Shown here in pieces: positions 26,909-35,425 of a stretch of 64,000 nucleotides of DNA (positions are counted from its first letter, which is position 1; every line of letters begins with the position of its first letter). Source of the stretch: an uncultured Gemmatimonadaceae bacterium (GTDB taxonomy: Bacteria > Gemmatimonadota > Gemmatimonadetes > Gemmatimonadales > GWC2-71-9); assembly GCA_964574665.1 (NCBI GenBank), contig CAZNOJ010000002.1:6130-70129 (forward strand), read 5' to 3'. The notes under the pieces are model-generated. The model made no database searches. It saw only the letters and a list, made by a program, of their open reading frames with translations, and was not told the origin of the DNA. Made by a program: the position numbers and the translations under genes.

Positions 26909-28003
26909 GTGGCCTCCCTGGCGCTCGCGCTCCCCGCCACCGACCTCGAGGCGCTTCGCTTCCGGGTCCGTCGGCTGGCCGACCACCGACCCGGCACGTA
27001 CCGGATGCTCGATGCGTCCGGCCGCGTGCTCTACGTGGGCAAGGCCAAGTCGCTCCGCACCAGGCTGCTCTCGTACTTCCGCGCCTCCTACCCCGAGGAC
27101 AAGGCCGCCCGGATCCTCCACGCCGCCAGCGACATCCGGTTCGACCCGGCACCCGGGGAGTTCGCCGCGGCCCTGCAGGAGCTGGCCCTGATTCGCCAGC
27201 ACCGCCCCCCGTTCAACGTGGCGATGAACCGGAACAAGCGGCACGCCTTCCTGGTGCTCACCGACGAGGCGGCGCCCCGGCTGCTGGTCACCGCCACCCC
27301 CGAGCGGCATCGCGGCCGGACGTACGGCCCGCTGCCATCGCCCAGCCGCCTCCGCGAGGCGGCCCGGGTGCTGCTCGACCTGCTGGCGCTGCGGGACTGC
27401 CGCGCCGACACCGGGATGCACTACACCGAGCAGGCCGACCTCTTTGCCCAGCCCCGCCGTGCCGCCTGCCCGCGGTTCGACTTCGGCACCTGCCTGGGTC
27501 CGTGCGCCGGGCGCATCACGGCCGCCGCCTACCAGGAGCGCGTCGAGCTTGCCGCTGCCTTCTGTGAGGCGCGCACCATCACGCCGATTGATCGGGTGGT
27601 CCGCGAAATGACCACCCACTCCACCGCGGCCGACTTCGAGCGGGCCCTGCACTGGCGACACAAGTTCGAGGCGCTGGAGTGGCTGGTCGCCGCGATCGGC
27701 CGCGCCCGCGCGGCCACCGAGGCACTCACCTTCGTGTACCGCGACCCCGGGGCGCGGGGCGACGCGCGCGCCTACCTCATCATCCGCGGCGAGGTGCGCG
27801 CCGCGTATCCCGATCCGGTGACGCCCCTCGAACGAGAGGCCTTCGCCGCGGTGGTGCACCAGGAGATGGCGCGACCCGCCGATCCACCGGGACGCGCCGA
27901 CCCCGAGCGCCTGCACCAGCGACTGCTGGTGATGTCGTGGTTCCGCAACCGCCCCGAGTCGTGGCGCGCCACGGAACCCCTGGCCGCCTGGACCGCCCCA
28001 TAA
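26909..28003 (+). CDS. GIY-YIG nuclease with UVR-like segment, UvrC N-terminal-half homologue (Cho-like)
   Basis: GIY-YIG motifs GTYRMLDASGRVLYVGKAKSLRTRLLSYF and ...EFAAALQELALIRQHRPPFNV. A UVR-like helix is present (DFERALHWRHKFEALEWL). At 364 aa there is no room for the UvrC C-terminal endonuclease plus HhH half. Confidence 0.7.
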   Translation: MASLALALPATDLEALRFRVRRLADHRPGTYRMLDASGRVLYVGKAKSLRTRLLSYFRASYPEDKAARILHAASDIRFDPAPGEFAAALQELALIRQHRPPFNVAMNRNKRHAFLVLTDEAAPRLLVTATPERHRGRTYGPLPSPSRLREAARVLLDLLALRDCRADTGMHYTEQADLFAQPRRAACPRFDFGTCLGPCAGRITAAAYQERVELAAAFCEARTITPIDRVVREMTTHSTAADFERALHWRHKFEALEWLVAAIGRARAATEALTFVYRDPGARGDARAYLIIRGEVRAAYPDPVTPLEREAFAAVVHQEMARPADPPGRADPERLHQRLLVMSWFRNRPESWRATEPLAAWTAP

Positions 28004-28086
28004 GGCGTTTCAGCCACGAAACGTTGCAGCATGAAACCCGCAGGAGGCCGACTCGTAGTGGGGGCACACTCCACCCCGAGGTTTGC

Positions 28087-28542
28087 GTGCCGTCCAAAGC
28101 CCTGATGGTCTCTGCCCTGCTCACCCTGGCCGCGGGTTCGCTCGCCGCGCAGGATGCCCCGCCTCCATTTGTGCCGTTCACCGCAGAGGAGACGGCCCGC
28201 TTCACCGCACTCGGCAAGCAGGCCACCCGCTACTTCTTCGAAGGCAAGGCCGACTCGCTGCTCGGCATGATCGACAGCAGCGCAGTGGAGGGCGTTGGTG
28301 GGCTCGACGGCATCCGCGGCCAGATGGACCGCCTGGCGGAGCGCGCCGGCGTGGTCGTCAAGGTGGAGGCCGAGATGCTCACGCGCCGGATGGGCAATCC
28401 GCAGTGGTGGCACGAGGCATCCTTCTCGGACTTCACCCAGGAGCCGATCGTGATGCGCTGGGTGTTCAACTCCGACGGCAGGATCGTCGGCGCGGGGATG
28501 GGGCCAAAGAGCGGCGCTCGGCGGGATCCGGGGCAGAACTGA
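28087..28542 (+). CDS. Hypothetical exported protein
   Basis: The GTG at 28087 (or the ATG at 28105) gives the signal peptide ...MVSALLTLAAGSLAAQ. The rest of the 287-aa track ORF overlaps the previous gene and was discarded. Confidence 0.55.
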   Translation: MPSKALMVSALLTLAAGSLAAQDAPPPFVPFTAEETARFTALGKQATRYFFEGKADSLLGMIDSSAVEGVGGLDGIRGQMDRLAERAGVVVKVEAEMLTRRMGNPQWWHEASFSDFTQEPIVMRWVFNSDGRIVGAGMGPKSGARRDPGQN

Positions 28543-28549
28543 GCGCCGG

Positions 28550-28584
28550 GCAACGGGCGACGTCCGGACACCGTCGCCCGTTGC
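28550..28584. terminator. Perfect 13-bp hairpin between convergent genes (ACGGGCGAC-type stem)
   Basis: GCAACGGGCGACG (28550-28562), a 9-nt loop, then CGTCGCCCGTTGC (28572-28584). It lies between stop codons at 28540-28542 (+) and 28604-28606 (-). There is no U-tract. Confidence 0.65.
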
Positions 28585-28603
28585 GTGTCGCCAGTCGCCG
28601 TGG

Positions 28604-29098
28604 TCAGTCCTCGTCCGCCGCGGTGAGGGGCAGCAGCCGCCCCCGCGGCGGGATGCCGGCTTCGAGTTCCAGGATGCCGACCGACGCCGGGATGTCGTAG
28701 CGACGCTCCCCCGCGGCGCCCGGGTTCATCACCGTCACCACCACGTCCACCAGCTCCAGCTTGGGGACGTGCGTGTGGCCGTGGATCAGGATGTCGGCGT
28801 CGGGAAAGAGCTCGTGCAGTGCCTCGCTGGGCACCTCGCGGCCGAACTGGTCGCCGTGCGTGACGACGATGCTGAAGCCGTCGAGCTCGAGGCGCGCCAC
28901 GCGCGGCAGGCGGGCGCGAATGTCGCCGCGGTCGGTGTTGCCGTACACCGCCGTCACCGGGGCGATCGCCTCCAGCTCGGTGAGGATGTCGAGGTCGCCC
29001 ACGTCGCCGGCGTGGAGGATGTGGTCCACCTGGGCGAAGGCCTCGAACACCTGCGGCCGGAGCAGGCCGTGGGTGTCGGAGATCACGCCGAGCCGCAC
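28604..29098 (-). CDS. YfcE/MJ0936-type metallophosphoesterase
   Basis: Motifs MRLGVISDTHG, HAGDVGD, YGNTD, VTHGD and IHGHTH. 164 aa. Confidence 0.82.
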   Translation of the reverse strand: MRLGVISDTHGLLRPQVFEAFAQVDHILHAGDVGDLDILTELEAIAPVTAVYGNTDRGDIRARLPRVARLELDGFSIVVTHGDQFGREVPSEALHELFPDADILIHGHTHVPKLELVDVVVTVMNPGAAGERRYDIPASVGILELEAGIPPRGRLLPLTAADED

Positions 29099-29099
29099 G

Positions 29100-29684
29100 T
29101 CACCCTTCCCAGCGCGGCGTGAGGGCGATGTCGAGGCCCAACTGGTCGAGGATCCGCTGCACGATGAAGTCGACCAACTGGTCGATGGTCGTGGGGCGAT
29201 GGTAGAAGCCGGGGGCGGCCGGGATGACCACGGCGCCCGCCTCGGTCACGGCAGTGAGGTTGCGGAGGTGGATGAGCGACAGCGGCGTCTCGCGCGGCAC
29301 CAGGATCAGCTTGCGCCGTTCCTTGAGCGTCACGTCGGCGGCGCGCTCCACCAGCGAGCGCGACGAACCCTGCGCGATCGCGGCGACCGTCCCCATCGAG
29401 CAGGGACAGACCACCATCCCCGCCGTGCGGTGCGAGCCGGAGGCCGGCTTCGCGCCGCGATCATCATCGGGCCACACCGTGACGCTGCCCCATTCCCCGC
29501 CGGTGCAGGCCCGCAGCGCCGCCTCGTCGCCGATCCCCGCCTCGGTGGCCAGCAGGCGCCAGCCGTGCCGCGAGACGATCAGCTCCACCGGGACGGCGTG
29601 ACGCGCGAGCACCTCGAGCAGGCGCACGGCATAGGGCGCCCCGGAGGCGCCGGTGATGGCGAGGACGATGGGGAGGTCGGACAT
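29100..29684 (-). CDS. ubiX: Flavin prenyltransferase UbiX family
   Basis: The ATG at 29684 gives MSDLPIVLAITGASGAPYAVRLLEVL. Also MVVCPCSMGTVAAIA and KLILVPRETPLS. 194 aa. Confidence 0.88.
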   Translation of the reverse strand: MSDLPIVLAITGASGAPYAVRLLEVLARHAVPVELIVSRHGWRLLATEAGIGDEAALRACTGGEWGSVTVWPDDDRGAKPASGSHRTAGMVVCPCSMGTVAAIAQGSSRSLVERAADVTLKERRKLILVPRETPLSLIHLRNLTAVTEAGAVVIPAAPGFYHRPTTIDQLVDFIVQRILDQLGLDIALTPRWEG

Positions 29685-29716
29685 CTGGGCGGAATATACG
29701 GCGACCTGAGGGTCAA

Positions 29717-29771
29717 GCGTGAAGGGTGCAGCGGTGAGGATTTGGCCCGCTTCACCCTTCACCCTTCACGC
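29717..29771. repeat. Tandem-heptamer hairpin element, GTGAAGG family (copy E), inside the ubi operon
   Basis: The left arm is degenerate: GCGTGAAGGGTGCAGCGGTGAGG (29717-29739). The right arm is GCTTCAC CCTTCAC CCTTCAC (29749-29769). It overlaps the ubiA stop (29766-29768) and sits between ubiA and ubiX. Confidence 0.8.
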
Positions 29772-30653
29772 CAGGATGTCCACCAGCGCGAACGCAAAGA
29801 CCGTCACGCTCATCACGCCGTTCATGGTGAAGAACGCCGCATCGAGCCGCGAGAGGTCGCCGGGCCGGACCAGGCGATGCTCCCAGGCCAGGATCAGCGC
29901 CGCCACCGCCACCCCGGCGAAGTACCAGCCGCCGAACCCGGCGCCCCAACCGAACGCCGCCAGGGCCGGGATGGTCACCCCGTGCAGCAGCTTCGCCGCC
30001 AGGATCGCCCGGGACTCTCCCAGCGCCACCACCGCGGAGCGCAGCCGTTCGCTGCGATCGAAGTCGGCGTCGGGGAGGGCGTAGAAGATGTCGAATCCGG
30101 CCACCCAGGTCATCACCGCCAGCGTGATGGCGAGCAACAGCCACCAGGGATCGCTCCAGGCGCCGGTCACGGCCAGCCAGCCGCCCACCGGGGCGATCGC
30201 CAGCGAGAGCCCGAGCCAGAGGTGCGGCCACGCGGTGAAGCGCTTGGCGTAGGAGTAGGCCAGGATCCAGCCCAGCGCGACGGGGGAGAGCAGCAGGCAG
30301 AGCCGGTTGAGCTGGGCGCTGGCCAACACGAACACCGCGGCGGCGGCAGCCACGGCGGCCGCGGCGGCCGGCACGGCGATCCGTCCCGTCGGGATCTCCC
30401 GGCCCGCGGTGCGGGGGTTGCGGGCGTCGAAGCGGTGGTCGGCGATCCGGTTGAAGCCCATCGCGGCGAACCGGGCGGCCGTGAAGGCCACCACGACCCA
30501 CAGCACGGTGGGCGCAGTGAGCGGCACCACCCGGGAGGCCGCCAGCACGCCCAGCAGGGCGAACGGCAGCGCGAAGAGGGTGTGGGGCAGCTTGACGAAG
30601 TTGATCCAATCCAGGAGGCGGGAAGTCCCTGCATACGTCTGGCCCTCCCGCAC
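29766..30653 (-). CDS. ubiA: UbiA-family aromatic polyprenyltransferase (4-hydroxybenzoate or MqnP-type)
   Basis: A multi-TM protein with LPHTLFALPFALLG, NRIADHRFDARNPRTAGREIPTG (Asp-rich motif 1) and FYALPDADFD (motif 2). The GTG at 30653 gives 295 aa and leaves the repeat at 30655-30726 intergenic. The alternative GTG at 30728 (GTGA overlap with ubiD) would translate the repeat. Confidence 0.8.
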   Translation of the reverse strand: MREGQTYAGTSRLLDWINFVKLPHTLFALPFALLGVLAASRVVPLTAPTVLWVVVAFTAARFAAMGFNRIADHRFDARNPRTAGREIPTGRIAVPAAAAAVAAAAAVFVLASAQLNRLCLLLSPVALGWILAYSYAKRFTAWPHLWLGLSLAIAPVGGWLAVTGAWSDPWWLLLAITLAVMTWVAGFDIFYALPDADFDRSERLRSAVVALGESRAILAAKLLHGVTIPALAAFGWGAGFGGWYFAGVAVAALILAWEHRLVRPGDLSRLDAAFFTMNGVMSVTVFAFALVDILA

Positions 30654-30654
30654 C

Positions 30655-30726
30655 GCGACGGGCGACGGGCGACCGGCGACGGAGTCAGCCAGCGTGTCGC
30701 CCGTTCCCTGTCGCTTGTCGCCGGTC
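30655..30726. repeat. Tandem-heptamer hairpin element, GCGACGG/ACGGGCGAC family, at the ubiD-ubiA junction
   Basis: The left arm is GCGACGG GCGACGG GCGACCG GCGACGG (30655-30682). The right arm is GTCGCCCGTTCCCTGTCGCTTGTCGCCGGTC (30696-30726). GACCGGCGAC / GTCGCCGGTC is a perfect 10-bp pair, and several pairing registers are possible. Confidence 0.8.
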
Positions 30727-32197
30727 ACAGTCCCAGGTCCTGCCACATTGCGTCCACCTGCCGCTTCGTGGCCTCGTCCATCGCGATCCGCTCGGGCCAT
30801 TCCCGGGTGAAGCCCTCCTCGGGCCACTTCCGGGTGGCATCAATGCCCATCTTGCTGCCGAAGGTGAACGCGGTCGAGGCGTGGTCGAGCACGTCCACCG
30901 GGCCGCGGGCGAACTCCGTGTCGCGCCGGGGGTCGATGTTGTTGAGCGCGATCCACCACACCTCGTCGGGGTCCTGCACGTTGACATCCTTGTCCACCAC
31001 CACCAGCACCTTGCTGAGCGACATCAGCCCAGTGCCCCAGAGGGCGTGCATCACCTTGTAGGCCTGCCCGGGGTACTGCTTGTCAATGCTCACGAAGACG
31101 AGGTTGTGGAAGATCCCTTCGGCCGGCATGTGGTAGTCCACGATCTCCGGCACCGTGAGCCGGAGCAGCGGCAGGAAGATCCGCTCGGTGGCGTGGCCCA
31201 GCCAGTAGTCCTCCATCGGCGGACGCCCGACCAGCGTGGCCGGATAGACCGGGCTGTGCTTCCGCGTGATGGCGGTGACGTGCATCCGGGGATACAGGTC
31301 GGCCAGCGAGTAGAACCCGGTGTGGTCGCCGAACGGCCCTTCGGTCACCAGCGCCTCGGCCGGGTCGATGTAGCCCTCGATCACGATCTCCGCCTCGGCC
31401 GGGACCTCGAGGTCCGCGGTCAGCGCCGGCACGAGTTCCACCGGGGCACGGCGCAGGAACCCCGCGAAGAGGAACTCGTCGATGCCCGGCGGCAGCGGCG
31501 CGGAACCGGAGTAGATCGACGCCGGATCGCCGCCCAGGGCGATCGCCACCGGCATCGTCTCGCCGCGGGCCGCCATCTCGCGCCAGTGCGCCGCCCCCGT
31601 CTTGTGGCGCTGCCAGTGCATCGCGAGGGTGCGGCGGCCGAGCTGCTGCACGCGGTACATCCCGACGTTGCGGGTGCCGCGCACCGGGTCGCGGGTGATC
31701 ACCATCGGCAGGGTGAGGTAGTTGCCGCCGTCGCCGGGCCAGGTCTTGAGCATCGGGATGGCATCGAGGTCGGCCTCGTCGTCACGCAGCACCACCTCCT
31801 GGCACGGCGCGCGCCCCGACCGCGTGCGTGGCGGGAACTTGGCCATCTCCGCCAGCCGGGGCAGCATCGCCAGCTTGCCGAGGATCCCGCTGGGCACCTT
31901 GAGGTCGAGCATCTCCGCGATGCGGTCGCCGATGTCATCCAGCCGCGTGACCCCGAGGGCCAGCTCCATGCGGCGGCGCGAGCCGAACAGGTTGATCGCC
32001 ACGGGCATGGTCGCCGTGCTGCCATCGTCGCGCACCGGCCGGGTGAACAGCAGCGCCTTGCCGCCGCCCGGAGACTTCATCACCCGGTCGGCGATCTCGG
32101 CGATCTCCAGCGTGGTCCGCACCGGGCGATCAATGCGCACCAGCTCGCCGGCGCGCGTGAGCGCGTCGAGGAACGCGGGCAGGGAGTCGAGGCTCAT
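30725..32197 (-). CDS. ubiD: UbiD-family (prenylated-FMN dependent) decarboxylase
   Basis: 490 aa. Family-typical segments NLFGSRRRMELALG, GGNYLTLPMVITRDP, GMYRVQ and PAEAEIVIEGYIDP. Confidence 0.88.
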   Translation of the reverse strand: MSLDSLPAFLDALTRAGELVRIDRPVRTTLEIAEIADRVMKSPGGGKALLFTRPVRDDGSTATMPVAINLFGSRRRMELALGVTRLDDIGDRIAEMLDLKVPSGILGKLAMLPRLAEMAKFPPRTRSGRAPCQEVVLRDDEADLDAIPMLKTWPGDGGNYLTLPMVITRDPVRGTRNVGMYRVQQLGRRTLAMHWQRHKTGAAHWREMAARGETMPVAIALGGDPASIYSGSAPLPPGIDEFLFAGFLRRAPVELVPALTADLEVPAEAEIVIEGYIDPAEALVTEGPFGDHTGFYSLADLYPRMHVTAITRKHSPVYPATLVGRPPMEDYWLGHATERIFLPLLRLTVPEIVDYHMPAEGIFHNLVFVSIDKQYPGQAYKVMHALWGTGLMSLSKVLVVVDKDVNVQDPDEVWWIALNNIDPRRDTEFARGPVDVLDHASTAFTFGSKMGIDATRKWPEEGFTREWPERIAMDEATKRQVDAMWQDLGL

Positions 32198-32928
32198 CGG
32201 GGGCTCCGGGTACCCTGGTGGAGGGCCACGATGCCGCCCCAGAGGGAGGTCCAGCTGACCTCCGCGAGGCCGGCATCGCGCAGCTTGCTCCCCAGGGTGG
32301 CGGGGTCGGGGAAGGCGAGCACCGACGCTGGTAGCCAGTCGTAGGCGCTCCTATGTTTCGAGACGAGTCGTCCGATCCGCGGCAAGACCTGGCGGAAGTA
32401 CCCGAGGTACAGCGCCCGGAGGGGCTGCCACCGCGGCGTGGTGAACTCGAGCACCACCAGCCGCCCTCCCGGCTTGATGACGCGTGCCACTTCACGGAGC
32501 CCGGCATCGAGATCCATGAGATTGCGCACGCCGAACCCCACCGTCGCCCCGTCGAACGTGCCATCCGCGAACGGCAGCGTGAGCGCATCGGCGCCCACCG
32601 GCACCACGCGCCCCGACTTGCCGCGGCCGTGGTGCAGCATCGCGGGCACGAAGTCGGCCCCCACCACGGTCCCCGCAAACTCGGGCTGGTTGCCGAGCTC
32701 GGCGGCCAGGTCGAGGGTGCCGGCGCAGAGGTCGAGGTACCGTCCCTGCGGGGCGGCCCGCCACCCCAGCGCGGCCACGGCCTTGCGCCGCCAGCGCCGG
32801 TCGGCGTTGAGGGAGAGGACATGATTGAGCAGGTCGTACCGGGGCGCGATCTGCTCGAAGACGCCGCGCACGTAGGCCCGCTTGGCGTCGCCTCCGGTGA
32901 CCGGTAGCTCCGTGTCCGTGGATGGCAT
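32194..32928 (-). CDS. ubiE: Demethylmenaquinone/ubiquinone C-methyltransferase (UbiE/MenG family)
   Basis: The ATG at 32928 gives ...VFEQIAPRYDLLNHVLSLNADRRWRR (UbiE signature). SAM motif YLDLCAGTLD, then LKPGGRLVVLEF. The stop overlaps the ubiD start. Confidence 0.88.
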   Translation of the reverse strand: MPSTDTELPVTGGDAKRAYVRGVFEQIAPRYDLLNHVLSLNADRRWRRKAVAALGWRAAPQGRYLDLCAGTLDLAAELGNQPEFAGTVVGADFVPAMLHHGRGKSGRVVPVGADALTLPFADGTFDGATVGFGVRNLMDLDAGLREVARVIKPGGRLVVLEFTTPRWQPLRALYLGYFRQVLPRIGRLVSKHRSAYDWLPASVLAFPDPATLGSKLRDAGLAEVSWTSLWGGIVALHQGTRSPR

Positions 32929-32979
32929 GGACCCCAAAGCTACCGGCGGGCGGATTGCCGGGGCAACGCGGGGGCGGCG

Positions 32980-33591
32980 GTGACGGCACCCACCCCGGTG
33001 GATTGGCGGATGCTCACCGACCAGGAGGTGGTGCGGCATGCCGTGATCGGCCGCGAGGCCGCCTATCGCGAGCTGATCCGCCGCTACCAGCGCCCGGTGT
33101 TCTCCCTGGTGTTCCGCATGGTGCGCGACCGCGAGCTGGCCGAGGACCTGGCGCAGGAAACCTTCGTCAAGGTGCTCAACGCCATCGATTCCTATCGCCC
33201 CGAATACAAGTTTTCCAGCTGGATCTTCAAGATCGCCAACAACGCCGCGATCGATCACCTCCGCCGACGCAACCTCGACACCCTGTCCATTGACGGCTCC
33301 CCCCACGCGGAGACCGCGGAGGCCATCGAGGCCACCACGCTGCAGCTCGGCGACGGGCAGGAATCACCGCTCGATGAAGTGGCCTCGCGCGAGCTCGGTG
33401 AGCAGATCGAGCGCGCCATCAACGCCCTCCGGCCGGAATACCGCAGCTGCATCCTGCTGCGCCACATTGACGGCCGCCCGTACGAGGAGATCGCCGAGAT
33501 CCTCGACCTCCCGCTCGGCACCGTGAAGACCTACATCCACCGGGCCCGCAACGAGCTGCGGATCCTGCTGGCCGACACCCGTGATCGCTGA
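32980..33591 (+). CDS. ECF-type RNA polymerase sigma factor
   Basis: Region 2 (YRELIRRYQRPVFSLVFRMVRDRELAEDLAQETFVKV) and region 4 (YRSCILLRHIDGRPYEEIAEILDLPLGTVKTYIHRAR). Divergent from ubiE. Confidence 0.88.
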   Translation: MTAPTPVDWRMLTDQEVVRHAVIGREAAYRELIRRYQRPVFSLVFRMVRDRELAEDLAQETFVKVLNAIDSYRPEYKFSSWIFKIANNAAIDHLRRRNLDTLSIDGSPHAETAEAIEATTLQLGDGQESPLDEVASRELGEQIERAINALRPEYRSCILLRHIDGRPYEEIAEILDLPLGTVKTYIHRARNELRILLADTRDR

Positions 33592-33627
33592 AACCCGGAC
33601 CACCTTTTTCCGTAAGAGGCCGGTAAG

Positions 33628-34215
33628 ATGAACGCCGCCGCACCGCACCTCTCCGCCGACGATCTCGACCTCCTCCTCGAGGGGCATGCGCCCATCGGGG
33701 TGGCGTCACACCTTGAGACGTGCACCGCATGCCGCGCCCTGGCCGCCAGCGACCGACAGGTCGTGGCGGCGCTTGCCGCCCTCCCCACCTGGGATCCCTC
33801 GCCGCTCTTCGCCGAGCGGGTGCTGAGCCAGGTGGCCCGGGTGCCGGCCCAGGTGGCGGTGGCCCCCGCCGGGCCGAGTGCCCGGGCCCAGTCGGCCCGC
33901 CGGCGGGTCTGGATCGGCGGCTCGCTGGTGGGTGGCCTGGTGACGGCCGGTTTCGCCTGGGCGCTCATTGATCCCCGCACCGCGGTGAACCTGGTGGAGC
34001 CCGCCTTCCAGCAACTGACCCAGTCGCTCTGGCTCTCGTTGCAGGCGATCGCGGCCAACACCACGGAACAGCCGTGGTTTGCCCCGATCCGCGATGCCAT
34101 GGCCACCCCGGCCCGGGCGGTGCCCGCCCTGCTCGGTGTGGCCGGCGTGTACCTGGTGCTCCTGCTCGGTCTCCGTCGCCTGCTGACCCGGCCTGCGACC
34201 GATGCGGGCTGGTAA
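33628..34215 (+). CDS. Anti-sigma factor (ZAS-type HxxxCxxC) with transmembrane segments
   Basis: HLETCTACRAL is the zinc-binding anti-sigma motif. Hydrophobic segments VWIGGSLVGGLVTAGFAWALI and VPALLGVAGVYLVLLLGL. It lies immediately downstream of the ECF sigma gene. Confidence 0.75.
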   Translation: MNAAAPHLSADDLDLLLEGHAPIGVASHLETCTACRALAASDRQVVAALAALPTWDPSPLFAERVLSQVARVPAQVAVAPAGPSARAQSARRRVWIGGSLVGGLVTAGFAWALIDPRTAVNLVEPAFQQLTQSLWLSLQAIAANTTEQPWFAPIRDAMATPARAVPALLGVAGVYLVLLLGLRRLLTRPATDAGW

Positions 34216-35425
34216 CGCCGCCGCGCGCCTTCTCCTCCTCGCCGCCCTGCTGCCAGCCCCGTTGCTGGCGGCCCCGGCGCCCGACCCGAAGGCTGCCATC
34301 GAGGATCTCGTCGAGCTGATGCGCGACGCGCTGCCGTTCCGGAGCGCTGCCAGCCCGCTCCCTCAGGCCGTGATCGAGGCCGACCAGGACGGCCCCCGCA
34401 TTGACCCTTCCCGCCTGATCGTCCCCGAACAGATCGAACTCGACCTCCGCGCGGCGCTCGCCGAGCCGCTCAGCGCCACCCGCCTCACCGTGGTGGGCGG
34501 CATCGCCCGGATCGGCAACTATTCGCTGGGCTCGGCCGAGACGCACAGCGGTCACGTGGTGGTGCTCAAGGGCAACGCCGACATCCACGGCACCATTGAC
34601 GGCAACGTCGTGACCCTCGACGGCGACGTGACGCTGCACCCCGGGGCGCGCCTGCGCGGCGACGTGCTGGTGATCGGTGGCCGCCTGCGCGGCGATCGCA
34701 GCGTGATCACCGGGACGTACCAGGTGATCGAGCCGTACGCCCCCGCGGCCCCGCCGACCTCCGTGCTCACGCTGGTCTCGCGACGCGCCGCGGGACTGCT
34801 CGCCGTGTTCGCCACGCTCTCGGTGCTCGGGCTGGGCCTGGTCACCTTCGGGCGCCCCAACCTCGAGATCGTCTCCGACACCGTCACGCATTCGTTCGGG
34901 CGTTCCTTCCTGGCGGGGGTGCTGGGCCAGATCCTGGTGCTCCCCACCTTCGGCATGCTGGTGGTGGGCCTGATCCTCACCATCGCCGGCGCGCTGCTGG
35001 TCCCCTTCGCCGTGGTCGTCTACGGATTGCTGGCGATCGTGTCGGTGCTGGGCGGCTTCCTCGCGGTGGCCCACGCGATGGGCGAGACGATCACCCGGCG
35101 CCGCATGGCGCGGGGCATCGCGATGTCGCCCAACTCGTATCGCTACCTGTTCACCGGCCTGCTGGCGATCGCATTGTCGTGGGTCGCCTGGGTGCTGTTC
35201 GGCTGGGTGCCGGTGGCCGGGGCCATTGCCTTCCTGGCCGCCGCGCTGGGCAGCTGGACGGTGGCCACCGCCGGATTCGGCGCCGCGCTGCTCTCCCGTG
35301 GCGGGATCCGCGAGGAGTTCACCGGGCGACTGCTCCCCACCGCAATGATGACCGACGAGTACCTCTGGGCCACCCCGCAGATGGGCGTGCCCGCGGTGAA
35401 GCGGCCGCCGAAGGAGCCGACATGA
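34202..35425 (+). CDS. Membrane protein with N-terminal bactofilin-like (polymer-forming beta-helix) region
   Basis: The start overlaps the anti-sigma gene by 14 nt. Signal peptide present. A repeat-like beta-helix stretch follows (GHVVVLKGNADIHGTIDGNVVTLDGDVTLHPGARLRGDVLVIGGRLRGD), then about 5-6 hydrophobic helices. Confidence 0.6.
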   Translation: MRAGNAAARLLLLAALLPAPLLAAPAPDPKAAIEDLVELMRDALPFRSAASPLPQAVIEADQDGPRIDPSRLIVPEQIELDLRAALAEPLSATRLTVVGGIARIGNYSLGSAETHSGHVVVLKGNADIHGTIDGNVVTLDGDVTLHPGARLRGDVLVIGGRLRGDRSVITGTYQVIEPYAPAAPPTSVLTLVSRRAAGLLAVFATLSVLGLGLVTFGRPNLEIVSDTVTHSFGRSFLAGVLGQILVLPTFGMLVVGLILTIAGALLVPFAVVVYGLLAIVSVLGGFLAVAHAMGETITRRRMARGIAMSPNSYRYLFTGLLAIALSWVAWVLFGWVPVAGAIAFLAAALGSWTVATAGFGAALLSRGGIREEFTGRLLPTAMMTDEYLWATPQMGVPAVKRPPKEPT

